This document shows, in pieces, positions 30,932 through 40,670 of a DNA stretch of 64,000 nt. Position 1 is the first letter of the stretch; each line of letters begins with the position of its first letter. The stretch lies in assembly GCA_963663895.2 (NCBI GenBank), contig CAXXRD010000002.1, forward strand, positions 608,001-672,000, in the 5' to 3' direction. The translations under genes and the position numbers were made by a program. Source of the stretch: Dehalococcoidia bacterium (lineage in GTDB: Bacteria > Chloroflexota > Dehalococcoidia > Bin125). Below the pieces are notes generated by a model. It did no database searches and had not been told where the DNA came from. It saw only the letters and a program-made list of their open reading frames with translations.

Positions 30932-31763
30932 CAGCCCCTTCGACCCGCTGCTCTTCGATGACGGCGAACTCGGCGGCGCCGAGATCTTCGAGTTCGCCCT
31001 TGCGGTAGCTGTCGTAGAGCTGGAAAAGCTCGCTCTTGTGGGGGCGCTTGCGGCCCAAGGGGCAGGCCTTCCAGGCGTCGTACTCCTCGTCGCAGTAGCC
31101 CAGGCGTTTCTCGCCGCATTTGGGTTGCAGATAGCGGCCAAGGGCCGGGACCTGGCGCAGGACTTCGGCGCGCATGAGGGCGGTGACCTTGCGGAACTCC
31201 CATTGCGCGCGGATGCAGAGGCGCTGGTCGCAGAGATGCAACAGCTCGAGGAAGTTCACCGCGATCTTGAAGTTGGTGTTCGTGGCGTTGGGGAGAAGGA
31301 AGCGCGCGTCCTCCGCAGGGACGCCGGCCTCCACCATGCGCTGGTAGAGCGTCCCCGCCCGGTCGAAGAGGGCGTGCATCTCAGCGGCGAGGCCGGCATG
31401 CTCGACGGTCGCGGGGACGGTGTAGGGAAAGGTGCCGTCTTTATAGGTCACGTAGCGCTGGCTCTGCTGCTCGAAGGAGATGCCGATGCGGTGGCGGACG
31501 AACTGGTGGCTGAAGGCGCGGGAGACGCCGGCGATGCCAAACTCGAACCACACTTGCTCGAGCGGCGAGGTATGCCCGGTCTTGAGCCGGGCCGCCACGA
31601 ATTCCTCCATGGTCTCCTGGGAGATGCGCTCATCCTCAATGCGGTCGAGGACCTGCTGCGGGGTGAGGGCGGAGTAGCAGACCCGGTAGGCCATGTAGAG
31701 GGCCCGAATGGGATTGGCGGTGGACTCGATCAGGGTGACTTGGATCGCCACGGCACTCTCCAC
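30924..31763 (-). CDS. thyX: FAD-dependent thymidylate synthase
   Basis: GHTSPLE, RHRIGISFEQQSQRY (RHRx7SxR), EDARFLLP, AQWEFR. Confidence 0.93.
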   Translation of the reverse strand: MESAVAIQVTLIESTANPIRALYMAYRVCYSALTPQQVLDRIEDERISQETMEEFVAARLKTGHTSPLEQVWFEFGIAGVSRAFSHQFVRHRIGISFEQQSQRYVTYKDGTFPYTVPATVEHAGLAAEMHALFDRAGTLYQRMVEAGVPAEDARFLLPNATNTNFKIAVNFLELLHLCDQRLCIRAQWEFRKVTALMRAEVLRQVPALGRYLQPKCGEKRLGYCDEEYDAWKACPLGRKRPHKSELFQLYDSYRKGELEDLGAAEFAVIEEQRVEGAAI

Positions 31764-31831
31764 GCTGCCGAGCGAGCGTACACCCCCACACAGCGCGGGC
31801 CAGCGATAACGCCCGGCCGGTAGGCTTTACG

Positions 31832-32977
31832 TCAGTGGTCGCCGAAGGACCGGTAGGCGTCGATCCCGCCCTGGCGGGAGCGGCGGCGCAGACGGCGGAA
31901 GCTCCGGGCAAGCAGGCCGCCAACCCGCAAGGCCGGAGGGCGGCGAAGCGCTCGGGTGGAGCGCACGGAGCGCGCGCGGATGCGAACGACGATCGAGGAG
32001 GGCAGACTGGAGCCTGCGGCGGCGGGCAAGCGGACAGCGGAGAAGCCCAGCCGCTTGCGATGGCCGGCGGACCGCCAGAAGCCGCTCATCCCGGGCGGGA
32101 GGTTCCAGGTGGGGCCCACCTCTTGCCGGGGGGCGCGCCAGCGCCCAACGAGAAAGGGGTAGATGAGGATCATGCCCGCCACGAAGCCGCCGAGGTGCGC
32201 CCACCAAGCCGTGCCGCCGCTCCCGACGGATTCCGCCGCCAAGCTGCCGACGCCGCTGAACAGGTTCAGCGCGAACCAGATCCCGATCATGAGCGGGGCG
32301 GGGACCACGGCGGGGACGAGCAGGATGATGGGGAGAAAGACGCGCACCAGGGCGCGCGGAAAGAGCAACAGGTAGGCGCCGAGGACGGCGGAGATGGCTC
32401 CGCTGGCGCCGACCATCGGCACGAGGTCGCCGGAGTCGATCCAGATGTGAGCGGCGGCGGCGGCGTATCCGCCGACGAAGTAGAAGACGGCGAATCGCCA
32501 GCTCCCCAAGCGATCCTCGACGCTCGTGCCGAACACCCAGAGGAAAAGCATGTTGCCGATGACGTGGAGCCAACCGGCGTGCAGGAACATGGCGGTGAGC
32601 GGCGTGAGGAGCAGCAGGACGCCGTCGAGGAGATCGATCCCGCCGCTGCTGCGGGCGCCCGTGAATCGATTGAAGCGGAACGCTTCAACCCCGTCGTGGG
32701 AGATGTTGTCGCCGTTGAGATAGCCGACGATGAACTCTGGAACCGCGCCGTAGCGCAGGGTGAAGTCGTCGAGTGGAGACGACGGATAGGCGATAGCGTC
32801 TTCGCGGCTTTGGAGAGCCGGGCTGGCCGCCAAGTCGCTGTCGATGATCAGCACCGCCGAAGTGCCGCTCTGATTGAGGGTGAGCATGTAGAGGAAGATG
32901 AGGGCGTTCATCACCAGCAACACGCGCGTGACGTAGGGAGTGGATGAGCGCTGCCGGCTGTCGCCAATGGGAATCAT
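31832..32977 (-). CDS. Rhomboid family intramembrane serine protease
   Basis: MFLHAGWLHVIGNM, GASGA, AHLGG. Confidence 0.92.
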   Translation of the reverse strand: MIPIGDSRQRSSTPYVTRVLLVMNALIFLYMLTLNQSGTSAVLIIDSDLAASPALQSREDAIAYPSSPLDDFTLRYGAVPEFIVGYLNGDNISHDGVEAFRFNRFTGARSSGGIDLLDGVLLLLTPLTAMFLHAGWLHVIGNMLFLWVFGTSVEDRLGSWRFAVFYFVGGYAAAAAHIWIDSGDLVPMVGASGAISAVLGAYLLLFPRALVRVFLPIILLVPAVVPAPLMIGIWFALNLFSGVGSLAAESVGSGGTAWWAHLGGFVAGMILIYPFLVGRWRAPRQEVGPTWNLPPGMSGFWRSAGHRKRLGFSAVRLPAAAGSSLPSSIVVRIRARSVRSTRALRRPPALRVGGLLARSFRRLRRRSRQGGIDAYRSFGDH

Positions 32978-33183
32978 GTCGCGGGCATCGTATAGCCCCT
33001 ACGGCGATGAGGAGCGGAGCGGGTGCGGAAAGTACCTGTAGGGCAAGGAAGAAACGCGGGTAAGGAAATGTCACGAGCAGCGCTGACAGCCGTAAACCAA
33101 GCGTAAATTCAAGCCGCGATCCGCGCTGGAATCAGTCAAGCAAACACGGATTGGGTTGACGGTTCCGAAAAAGCGTCGTGAGG

Positions 33184-33201
33184 ATGTGCAATAATTCACA
33201 A
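33184..33201. promoter_or_regulatory. Palindromic operator ATGTGCAATAATTCACAA (Rex-like TTGTGAA-N4-TTCACAA; also fits CRP/FNR TGTGA-N6-TCACA)
   Basis: AT-rich dyad in a GC-rich background, downstream of TTGACG (33156-33161) and upstream of a GGAGG RBS. Confidence 0.6.
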
Positions 33202-33231
33202 GTGGCGGCGGCCACGGAGGCCTTGATACCC

Positions 33232-33447
33232 ATGCCTGTACAGACACGAATGCGAATGCAATGTCCGCGCTGCGGCGGCTCGATGCTGGCCGAGTCGGAC
33301 AACCACGGCAACTTCGGTACCTGTATCTCCTGCGGATACGTTTACGAGAGCCACGTGATCTCGGTCTTGGAGCTTGAGGAAGAGCAGGCGGTCGAGGCAG
33401 GCCGCCAGCGCCGCCGCCAGCCCTCGCACGGCAAGCTCCGACTCTAG
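33232..33447 (+). CDS. Small zinc-finger protein (CPRCGG...CISCGY)
   Basis: GGAGG RBS ~33216-33220; two CxxC pairs, basic C-terminus; start could be 33223, 33232 or 33250. Confidence 0.75.
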   Translation: MPVQTRMRMQCPRCGGSMLAESDNHGNFGTCISCGYVYESHVISVLELEEEQAVEAGRQRRRQPSHGKLRL

Positions 33448-33922
33448 CCCAACTTCCCGCCCTTTCCGGCTCGGCCCCTCGTGAGGCCCGAGTTGCCCAT
33501 TGCCCCTTCCCATCGGTGGTTGACCCTGGTCCCCGGTCCATCGTGTCCGCACGTTGTCCCACACGGCGCGCGACCCGCTCCCTCGTCCAACTCCTCAAGA
33601 CATATGCGTGCGAGCGGGAACCTCGCGTGCCTCAGACGCTACGCGATGGCTGCCAAGGAGGGCACTTCGTGACCGCTGGCCGCCGCCGCGAGATCGCAGG
33701 TGATTGTCCCAGGCCGCGAAGCATGCCTAGAGTAGCCCCCTTTTCAGTGATCACGGAGCCGCGGCCGGAAAGCGGGTACGCGCGGCGCGCGAGGCAGGCA
33801 GGAGGAACGCGGTGGAGACACACGGCACTCGGCACCACGCGGATGTCGTCCGCCATGCGATCCGGCGCCGGATCATGGGCGCGGAGCCGCGGGTGCGGCG
33901 GCGCATAGGTTAGCCGGCTCCC

Positions 33923-34186
33923 TTGTCCGAGCAGCAACAGCCCTGGGCATTCGAATTCGATCCGCCGATCGAGCGGGCGCCGGCAGAACTGGCGCAAGAG
34001 CGGTTCCAGCGGCTCGAGCGGCTGGTGTGCCTGCGCGACGTGCACGACGACGAGCTGAACGAAGAGGGACGACGGCTCCTGCAACGCGCGATCTTCACGA
34101 CCTACCTAGACTGTCGCGAACTCGGGATGGTGGAGATCGTGGATGCGATCGTCCGCCCGCCGAAGTCGGCGCCCCGCCACCTCTGA
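33923..34186 (+). CDS. Small hypothetical protein
   Basis: 87-aa ORF with protein-like composition (L.EEGRRLL.RAIF.TYLDC..LG); TTG start. Confidence 0.6.
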   Translation: MSEQQQPWAFEFDPPIERAPAELAQERFQRLERLVCLRDVHDDELNEEGRRLLQRAIFTTYLDCRELGMVEIVDAIVRPPKSAPRHL

Positions 34187-34241
34187 AACTCCAGCGCGGA
34201 GGGCCGATCACGGGACCGTCTTCAAGCGCCCCCCTGCGCTC

Positions 34242-34934
34242 CTAACCCGTCCGCCCTGCGCCGGTTCGTTCGAGCGCCGGCGGCGTGAGATCCTGCCGGA
34301 GCTCCGCCCGCAACTCGGCGGCCAGGGCGCGCGCGAGCCCGCTTCGCACCTCGGCGAGGGGCGGCGCGACCCCAAGGTGCTCCGCCATGGAGGTGGCGAC
34401 GGCGCCCGGCTGCCCGCAAGGCTCGATCAGCCGCCATTGCTCCGGATCCGTCGCGACGTTGAGGGCAACCCCGTGCATCGTGACCCAGCGGGAGATGTGC
34501 ACGCCGACCGAGGCGATCTTGCCGCGATCCGTGAATACCCCGTGCTGAACGTCGCGGCCCGCGCCGATGCCGTACTTCCCAAGAAGCGCGATGACGGCCC
34601 CCTCAAGTCGCTCCACGTACCAGCGCAAGTCGGTACGGAAGCGCCGCAGATCCACGATCGGATAGGCGACGACTTGGCCGGGACCGTGATAGGTGACGTT
34701 GCCGCCCCGCTCCGTCTTGATGACCTCGATGCCGAGTTGGTCGAGGAGCTGCGGTGCGAGGATGCCGCGGCGATCCCCGCGCTGGCCCAACGTAATCACG
34801 GGGGCGTGTTCCACGAGGAGCAGCGTGTCCGCTTGGGCGCCGTCATGCACGGCGTCGCGGGTCGCACGCTGCAGGGCGAGCGCGTCACGGTAAGGGAGAC
34901 GGCCGAGATCGCGGAGGAGCAAGGAGCGCGCCAT
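34242..34934 (-). CDS. lipB: Lipoyl(octanoyl) transferase
   Basis: VEHAPVITLG, RGGNVTYHGPGQ, KIASVG, TMHGVALNV. Confidence 0.92.
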   Translation of the reverse strand: MARSLLLRDLGRLPYRDALALQRATRDAVHDGAQADTLLLVEHAPVITLGQRGDRRGILAPQLLDQLGIEVIKTERGGNVTYHGPGQVVAYPIVDLRRFRTDLRWYVERLEGAVIALLGKYGIGAGRDVQHGVFTDRGKIASVGVHISRWVTMHGVALNVATDPEQWRLIEPCGQPGAVATSMAEHLGVAPPLAEVRSGLARALAAELRAELRQDLTPPALERTGAGRTG

Positions 34935-34956
34935 GATGAGACGAGGCAGAGCCCCC

Positions 34957-36357
34957 TTAGAAGTGGATGGGGCGCCCATGCGCGGCGAGCGCGGCCTCGC
35001 CCAGCGCTTCGGCCAGCGTCGGATGGGCGTGCACGGCGTGGAAGAGGGATTCCGCCGTCGCCTCCAGGCTGAGGGCTGCGGAGGCCTCGGCGATCAACTC
35101 CGTAGCATGCGGACCAATGATGTGCACGCCAACGATTTCGTCGTACTGCTTGTCCGTCACCACCTTCACGAAGCCAAGCGTGTCATTGAGAATCTTGGCC
35201 TTACCCACCGCTTGGAAAGGAAAAACGCCCACGGAGACATCCTGGCCACGCTCACGAGCGGCCTCCTCGGAAAGCCCGATCGAAGCCACTTCCGGATGGG
35301 AGTAGGTGCACGAGGGGATCTTGTCGTAGTTGATGGGTTCGGGGCTGCCGCCGGCGGCGTGCTCGGCGGCGACGATCCCTTCATGGGACGCCACGTGCGC
35401 AAGCATCGGACCCGGCACGATGTCGCCGATGGCGTAGAGGCCCGGCTCGGCAGTTTGCATGCCCGCATCGACCTGAACAACGCCCCTCTCCGCGACGGCC
35501 GCGACGGTTTCGAGCCCGAGATCGTTCGTGTTGGGCGCGCGGCCGACGGCGACGAGCAGGACCTCGGCGCTGAGGTCGAGCGATTCGCCGGCCGCGTTGG
35601 TCGCGGCGATGCGGACACCGTCGGCAGCGACGGCGACGCGCTCAACCTTGGTGCTAACGTGCACATCGATCTTTCGCTGCTGGAAGGCCCGCTGAAGCTC
35701 GGCGCCGAGGTCGGGGTCCTCAAGCGGAAGGAGGCGCGGCAGCAGCTCCACGATGGTGACGGTCGAACCATACGACGCGTAGATGGAGGCGAATTCCACA
35801 CCTACCGCGCCGGCACCCAACACCACGATGGAAGCGGGGACCCGCGGCATCTTGGTCGCGTCGTCCGAGTTGATGATCGTCTCGCCATCGAACTCAATGC
35901 CGGGCAGGGCGCGGACCCGGGAGCCCGTCGCGAGGACGATGGCGCGGCTCTCGATCGTTGCAGTGACGCCGTCCGCAGCGGTGACGTCGATGCGGCCAGG
36001 CCCGGCCAGCCGGCCGCGGCCGTCGATCGCCGTGATCTGGTTCTTCTTGAACAGATACTGAATCCCCCTCGCGTTCGAGCGGACGACCTTGTCCTTGTAG
36101 GCATTGAGGGCAGAGAGATCGAGCTGAGCGTCTGGGATCCTGACGCCGAAGCTGGATGCGGCCCGTGCGCCATCCAGTACCTCCGCAGCCTGCAGCAAGG
36201 CCTTGGTGGGAATGCAGCCGACGTGCAAGCAGGTGCCGCCCGGCAGCGGATCCTTTTCGATCACGGCCGTCTTCAGCCCCAATTGGGCGGCGCGGATGGC
36301 GGCAACATAGCCGCCCGGGCCGCTGCCGATGACCGTGAAGTCGAAGAGGTCCGCCAC
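34957..36357 (-). CDS. lpdA: Dihydrolipoyl dehydrogenase (E3)
   Basis: GTG start 36357; GSGPGGYVAA, GGTCLHVGCIP, HAHPTLAE. Confidence 0.95.
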   Translation of the reverse strand: MADLFDFTVIGSGPGGYVAAIRAAQLGLKTAVIEKDPLPGGTCLHVGCIPTKALLQAAEVLDGARAASSFGVRIPDAQLDLSALNAYKDKVVRSNARGIQYLFKKNQITAIDGRGRLAGPGRIDVTAADGVTATIESRAIVLATGSRVRALPGIEFDGETIINSDDATKMPRVPASIVVLGAGAVGVEFASIYASYGSTVTIVELLPRLLPLEDPDLGAELQRAFQQRKIDVHVSTKVERVAVAADGVRIAATNAAGESLDLSAEVLLVAVGRAPNTNDLGLETVAAVAERGVVQVDAGMQTAEPGLYAIGDIVPGPMLAHVASHEGIVAAEHAAGGSPEPINYDKIPSCTYSHPEVASIGLSEEAARERGQDVSVGVFPFQAVGKAKILNDTLGFVKVVTDKQYDEIVGVHIIGPHATELIAEASAALSLEATAESLFHAVHAHPTLAEALGEAALAAHGRPIHF

Positions 36358-36371
36358 GGCTCGATCGCCCG

Positions 36372-37595
36372 CTAATCGCCGAGCAGAAGCGCGGGATGCT
36401 CCAGGTACCGCCGAAAGGCCTGAAGATATTGCGCGCCCGGGGCGCCGTCCAAGATTCGATGGTCGATCGTAAGACTGGCGGTCATGAACGCGCGCCGCTC
36501 GATTTGCGTCCCGCTCTCTCCCACCAAGACCGGACGATCGGCCACTTGGCCGATGCCGAGAATCGCAGCCTGCGGGGGATTGACGATCGGGGTGAAGGCG
36601 TCGATACCGAACATGCCCAGCGCGGTGACCGTGAAGGTGCCGCCGGTAAGATCGTCGGGGGTGAGGCCGCCGTCGCGCGCCTTCGCGGAGAGCTCGGCCG
36701 CCTCCACGGCGATGCGGCGCAAGGACTTGGCATCCGCGTTGCGGATTACCGGAACGATGAGGCCTTCCTCCAGCGCGACCGCGATCCCGATGTGAACCTC
36801 GGGCTGAACCCGCACCGTATCGCCGTCGAGAGTAACGTTCACGCGCGGCAGGTCGCGCAAGGCGAGCGCGGCGGCCCGGAGGGCCAGCGGTGTGTACGTG
36901 AGCCGCACCCCCTCGCTCTCCCATGCCTCGACCAGGTCCGCGCGAAGAGCAGCGGCGTGCGTCATGTCGACACCCATGGTGAGCGTGAGCTGCGCCATGG
37001 ACTGCAGCGACTCGTGCATGCGCTGACCGACCGTGCGACGCATCCCTTTGTAGGGGATGGCCCCCTCGAGCGGTGGACGTGCCGCGGCGGGCGCGGGCGC
37101 GGGTGGGGACGCGGCCGCGGCGGTGATCGCTTTCTGCACATCCTCGACGACAACCCGCCCCCCGGGCCCACTGCCGGGCACGGTGGCGATATCTAGGTCA
37201 TGCTCGGCGGCGAGTTTCTTGGCGGCGGGCGATGCTTTGACCCGCCCGCCGGCAGCGCGTGGCGTGGCCGCCGCTTCCGGCTTTGCCGAGGCAGGCGCGG
37301 CCGCCGGCGGGGGCGCCGCGGCGCTGGGTGCCGCGCCCGCGTCCGCTGGCAACTCCTCGCCCGCCGCGAGAATGTAGGCGGCGACGCCGCCGGCAGCGAT
37401 CGTCGCCTCGACGGGGGCAACGATGCGGATCGTGCCGGCGGCCTCCGCCTGGACCTCGTAGGTGACTTTCTCGGTCTCGAAGCTGTAGAGGAGCGTGCCC
37501 TCCGCGACGGTATCGCCATCGCCGACGAACCACTCGGTAATCGTTCCCTCGGTCATGGTCATGCCCTGCTTGGGCAGGACGACAGTCGTAGCCAC
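36372..37595 (-). CDS. Dihydrolipoamide acyltransferase (E2, AcoC-like)
   Basis: Lipoyl ETEKV, E3-binding ASPAAKK..GSGPGGRV, DHRILDG. Confidence 0.93.
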   Translation of the reverse strand: MATTVVLPKQGMTMTEGTITEWFVGDGDTVAEGTLLYSFETEKVTYEVQAEAAGTIRIVAPVEATIAAGGVAAYILAAGEELPADAGAAPSAAAPPPAAAPASAKPEAAATPRAAGGRVKASPAAKKLAAEHDLDIATVPGSGPGGRVVVEDVQKAITAAAASPPAPAPAAARPPLEGAIPYKGMRRTVGQRMHESLQSMAQLTLTMGVDMTHAAALRADLVEAWESEGVRLTYTPLALRAAALALRDLPRVNVTLDGDTVRVQPEVHIGIAVALEEGLIVPVIRNADAKSLRRIAVEAAELSAKARDGGLTPDDLTGGTFTVTALGMFGIDAFTPIVNPPQAAILGIGQVADRPVLVGESGTQIERRAFMTASLTIDHRILDGAPGAQYLQAFRRYLEHPALLLGD

Positions 37596-37618
37596 GTTTC
37601 CCCCTTTTCGCGCGCCCC

Positions 37619-38626
37619 TCAGCCGCTCTGAACGGCAGCGGCGATCTCTGAACGCAAAAATCCAACCTCCTGCGCTGCGGTCAGGCAGCGGTGCGCATCC
37701 ACGACGGGCGGACCGAGCCGCGTAACGTAGAGCGATGCCTCTTCACCGTCGCGGATGGTGAACTCGCGCTCGCCGTCGAGGGCGAAGAGGGCGGGTCCCG
37801 CGACAGCGACCCGCGCCCCAAATTCTAGTCGCCGGACGGCGGCAATGGGGACGGGGCGGAAGAGGCCTGGAGCGATGGGGGCCGTCACGCAGGAGCCGCC
37901 TTGGCCGAGGGTGAGGTGCAGACCCCAGTCGTCTTCCGGACTGACGGGTCCGACGAACCCGCCCAGAGAGGCCATACCGACGGCGTCGGGGACGGCGCGC
38001 GTCAGGACGACCTCGCGCACGCGGTCGATCTGCCAGATGGCGCGGCTGGCCACGAAGCCGTCGGTCATGACGACGGCGTCGATCAGCGCGACATCGCGGC
38101 CGATGCCGTCGACCGCCAGCTCAATCCACTTGCATCGCGGCGCGACCACGGCGGGATCGGCCGCCCCGGCGGCGATCGCGCCGGCGGCGAGCCCCGCGAC
38201 CGTCCCCTCGATCATCGTGGGGAACACGTTGTTCGTGCCGGTCGAGAGGGCCACGAGGGGCACGTTGCGAGCGCCCTTGGCGATGGCGCGATTCGTGCCG
38301 TCGCCGCCGAGAGAGAGGATCGCGACCGCGCCGGCGGCTTCGATCGCCGTGGCCGCGCGGACGGTGTCGAGCGCGTCCGCGCGCAGCGTGTCCGCAACCG
38401 GTTCGAGCACGAAAGGCAGGTCGAGCTCGGCGGCGGCTTTGGTGCAGATATGGAACGTATCGGGCATGTAGAGCACCCGCTCGACGCCGGCGGCGGCGAG
38501 GCCGACCATGGCGCGCCGGACGATGCTGACCTTCTCGTAGTTATTGAAGACCGAAGCATGCGCGACGAGACGCCGGATGTCCTTTCCGGAGGCCGGATTG
38601 GCGATGATGCCGACGGTACCCGGCAC
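37619..38626 (-). CDS. acoX: AcoX / ATP-NAD kinase family protein
   Basis: GTG start 38626; GIIANPASGKDIRRLVAHA, LGGDGTNR, STGTNNVFP. Confidence 0.88.
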   Translation of the reverse strand: MPGTVGIIANPASGKDIRRLVAHASVFNNYEKVSIVRRAMVGLAAAGVERVLYMPDTFHICTKAAAELDLPFVLEPVADTLRADALDTVRAATAIEAAGAVAILSLGGDGTNRAIAKGARNVPLVALSTGTNNVFPTMIEGTVAGLAAGAIAAGAADPAVVAPRCKWIELAVDGIGRDVALIDAVVMTDGFVASRAIWQIDRVREVVLTRAVPDAVGMASLGGFVGPVSPEDDWGLHLTLGQGGSCVTAPIAPGLFRPVPIAAVRRLEFGARVAVAGPALFALDGEREFTIRDGEEASLYVTRLGPPVVDAHRCLTAAQEVGFLRSEIAAAVQSG

Positions 38627-38639
38627 AGTCAGCGACCGG

Positions 38640-39629
38640 TTAGGCGGAGGGCGCCGTCGGGATGAGCGACTCGATCGCGGAGACGATCTCGGCCTGGCCG
38701 GGCAGCCACGCCTTCTCCAGGGTGGGATTGAAGGGAACGGGGCTGAAGGGAGCGCCCACGCGCTTGACCGGCGCGTCGAGGTAGTCGAAGGCTTCTTCCG
38801 CGATCTGCGCCGCGACCTCGGCACCGAAGCCGCAGAAGGTCACCGCCTCGTGGGCGATCACGACGCGGCTGGTCTTCTTGACCGAGGCAAGGATCGTCGC
38901 GCTGTCAAGCGGCGAGAGCGTGCGGGGGTCCACCACTTCGACGCTGATGCCGCGCTCCGCCAACTCGGCGGCGGCGGCGAGGGCGTCTTGCACCATCGAA
39001 CTCAGGGCGACGACGGTCACGTCGTCGCCTGCGCGCTTCACGTCGGCCTGGCCGATCGGGACCTCGTAGAGCTCTTCGGGAACCTCGCCGCGCATGCCGA
39101 TGCCGAGCTTGTTCGTGATGTAGACAACGGGGTTATCGTCGCGGAGCGCGGCGACCATGAGCCCCTTGGCGTCATAGGGAGTGGACGGCGTGACGACCTT
39201 CAAGCCGGGGATGTGGCAGAACCACGCCTCCAGCGTCTGGCTGTGCTGCGCGCCCATGCTGCGGCCACCGCCCTGGTGGGTGAGGAGCACGATCGGCAGC
39301 TTCGCCTTGCCGCCGAACATGTACTTCATCTTGGCCATCTGATTGACGATCTGGTCCATGGCGACGGTCGCGAAATCGATGAGCTGGATCTCGACCACGG
39401 GGCGCATGCCGACCGCCGCCGCGCCGACGGCGAGACCGACAAGGGCCGTCTCCGAGATCGGGGCGTCGCGCACGCGCTCGGGGCCGAGCCGCTCGAGCAG
39501 GCCCTCGTTGGTCATGAACGTGCCGCCGGGCTCAATGTCGATCCCGACGATGAACGACTCGGGCTGACGCTCCATCTCGTCGCGGAGCGCTTGTGCGATC
39601 GCCTTGCGGTACTTGACCCCCGCGACCAC
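38640..39629 (-). CDS. acoB: 2-oxoacid/acetoin dehydrogenase E1 beta subunit (copy 2)
   Basis: PISETA, DQIVNQMAK, AQHSQ, DPRTLSPLD. Confidence 0.88.
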   Translation of the reverse strand: MVAGVKYRKAIAQALRDEMERQPESFIVGIDIEPGGTFMTNEGLLERLGPERVRDAPISETALVGLAVGAAAVGMRPVVEIQLIDFATVAMDQIVNQMAKMKYMFGGKAKLPIVLLTHQGGGRSMGAQHSQTLEAWFCHIPGLKVVTPSTPYDAKGLMVAALRDDNPVVYITNKLGIGMRGEVPEELYEVPIGQADVKRAGDDVTVVALSSMVQDALAAAAELAERGISVEVVDPRTLSPLDSATILASVKKTSRVVIAHEAVTFCGFGAEVAAQIAEEAFDYLDAPVKRVGAPFSPVPFNPTLEKAWLPGQAEIVSAIESLIPTAPSA

Positions 39630-39668
39630 GGCTAGCTCACCGCCGGTTCACGAAGCGAAGCGCGCCCA

Positions 39669-40670
39669 TTAGGCAGGCGCGCCGACGGGGACGATCTCTT
39701 CAATGGCGGCAACGATGTCTCCCTTTCCTTTAATCCAGGCCGCCTCCAGGGTGGGGGCGAAGGGAACGGGACTGAACGGCGCTCCGATCCGCTTGATCGG
39801 CGCGTCCAGGTAGTCGAAGGCTTCATCCGCGATCTGCGCCGCGAGCTCCGCGCCGTACCCGCAGAACCGCACCGCCTCTTGGGCCACCACGGCGCGGCCG
39901 GTCTTGCGGACGGAGTTGATGATCGTCTCGCTATCGAGGGGAGAGAGGGTGCGGGGATCGACGACCTCGACGCTCACGCCCCGCCCGGCGAGCTCGTCCG
40001 CGGCCTTGAGCGCCTCCTGTACCAGGCGTCCGGTCGCGACGACGCTGACGTCCGTCCCTTCGCGCTTCACCGCCGCTTTGCCCAGCGGCACGCGGTAGGG
40101 CTCGTCGGGCACGTCCCCGCGCAGGCCGAGCAGCCGCTTGTTCGTGATGAAGATGACGGGGTTGTCGTCCCAGATCGCGGAGGCCATGAGCCCGCCGGCG
40201 TCGTAGGGGTCGGAGGGCATCACGACCTTGAGGCCCGGAATGTGCGCGAACCAGGCCTCAAGGCTCTGACTGTGCTGCCCGGCTTGGCCGGTGCCGGCGC
40301 CTTGGTGGGTAATAATGACAAGCGGCAGCTTCGCCTTGCCGCCGAACATGTACTTCATCTTGGCCATCTGATTGACGATCTGGTCCATGCAGCAGGCCAT
40401 GAAGTCGATGAACATGATCTCGACGATCGGGCGCATGCCGGCAACGGCGGCGCCGACGGCGAGTCCCGCCATGGCGGTCTCCGAAAGCGGCGTGTTGCGG
40501 ACGCGCTCCGGCCCGAAGCGCTCGCGCAGGCCTCGCGCCGTCGACCAAAGGGCGCCCATCTCGATGTCCTGCCCGGCCACGAAGATCTCCGGGTCCGCGT
40601 CCATGGCATGGGACTGCGCCTCCGCGATCGCCGCCCAGAACTTCTTGCCTTTTCTCTTTTGGTCCGCCAT
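39669..40670 (-). CDS. acoB: 2-oxoacid/acetoin dehydrogenase E1 beta subunit (copy 1)
   Basis: PLSETA, DQIVNQMAK, GQHSQ, DPRTLSPLD. Confidence 0.88.
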   Translation of the reverse strand: MADQKRKGKKFWAAIAEAQSHAMDADPEIFVAGQDIEMGALWSTARGLRERFGPERVRNTPLSETAMAGLAVGAAVAGMRPIVEIMFIDFMACCMDQIVNQMAKMKYMFGGKAKLPLVIITHQGAGTGQAGQHSQSLEAWFAHIPGLKVVMPSDPYDAGGLMASAIWDDNPVIFITNKRLLGLRGDVPDEPYRVPLGKAAVKREGTDVSVVATGRLVQEALKAADELAGRGVSVEVVDPRTLSPLDSETIINSVRKTGRAVVAQEAVRFCGYGAELAAQIADEAFDYLDAPIKRIGAPFSPVPFAPTLEAAWIKGKGDIVAAIEEIVPVGAPA

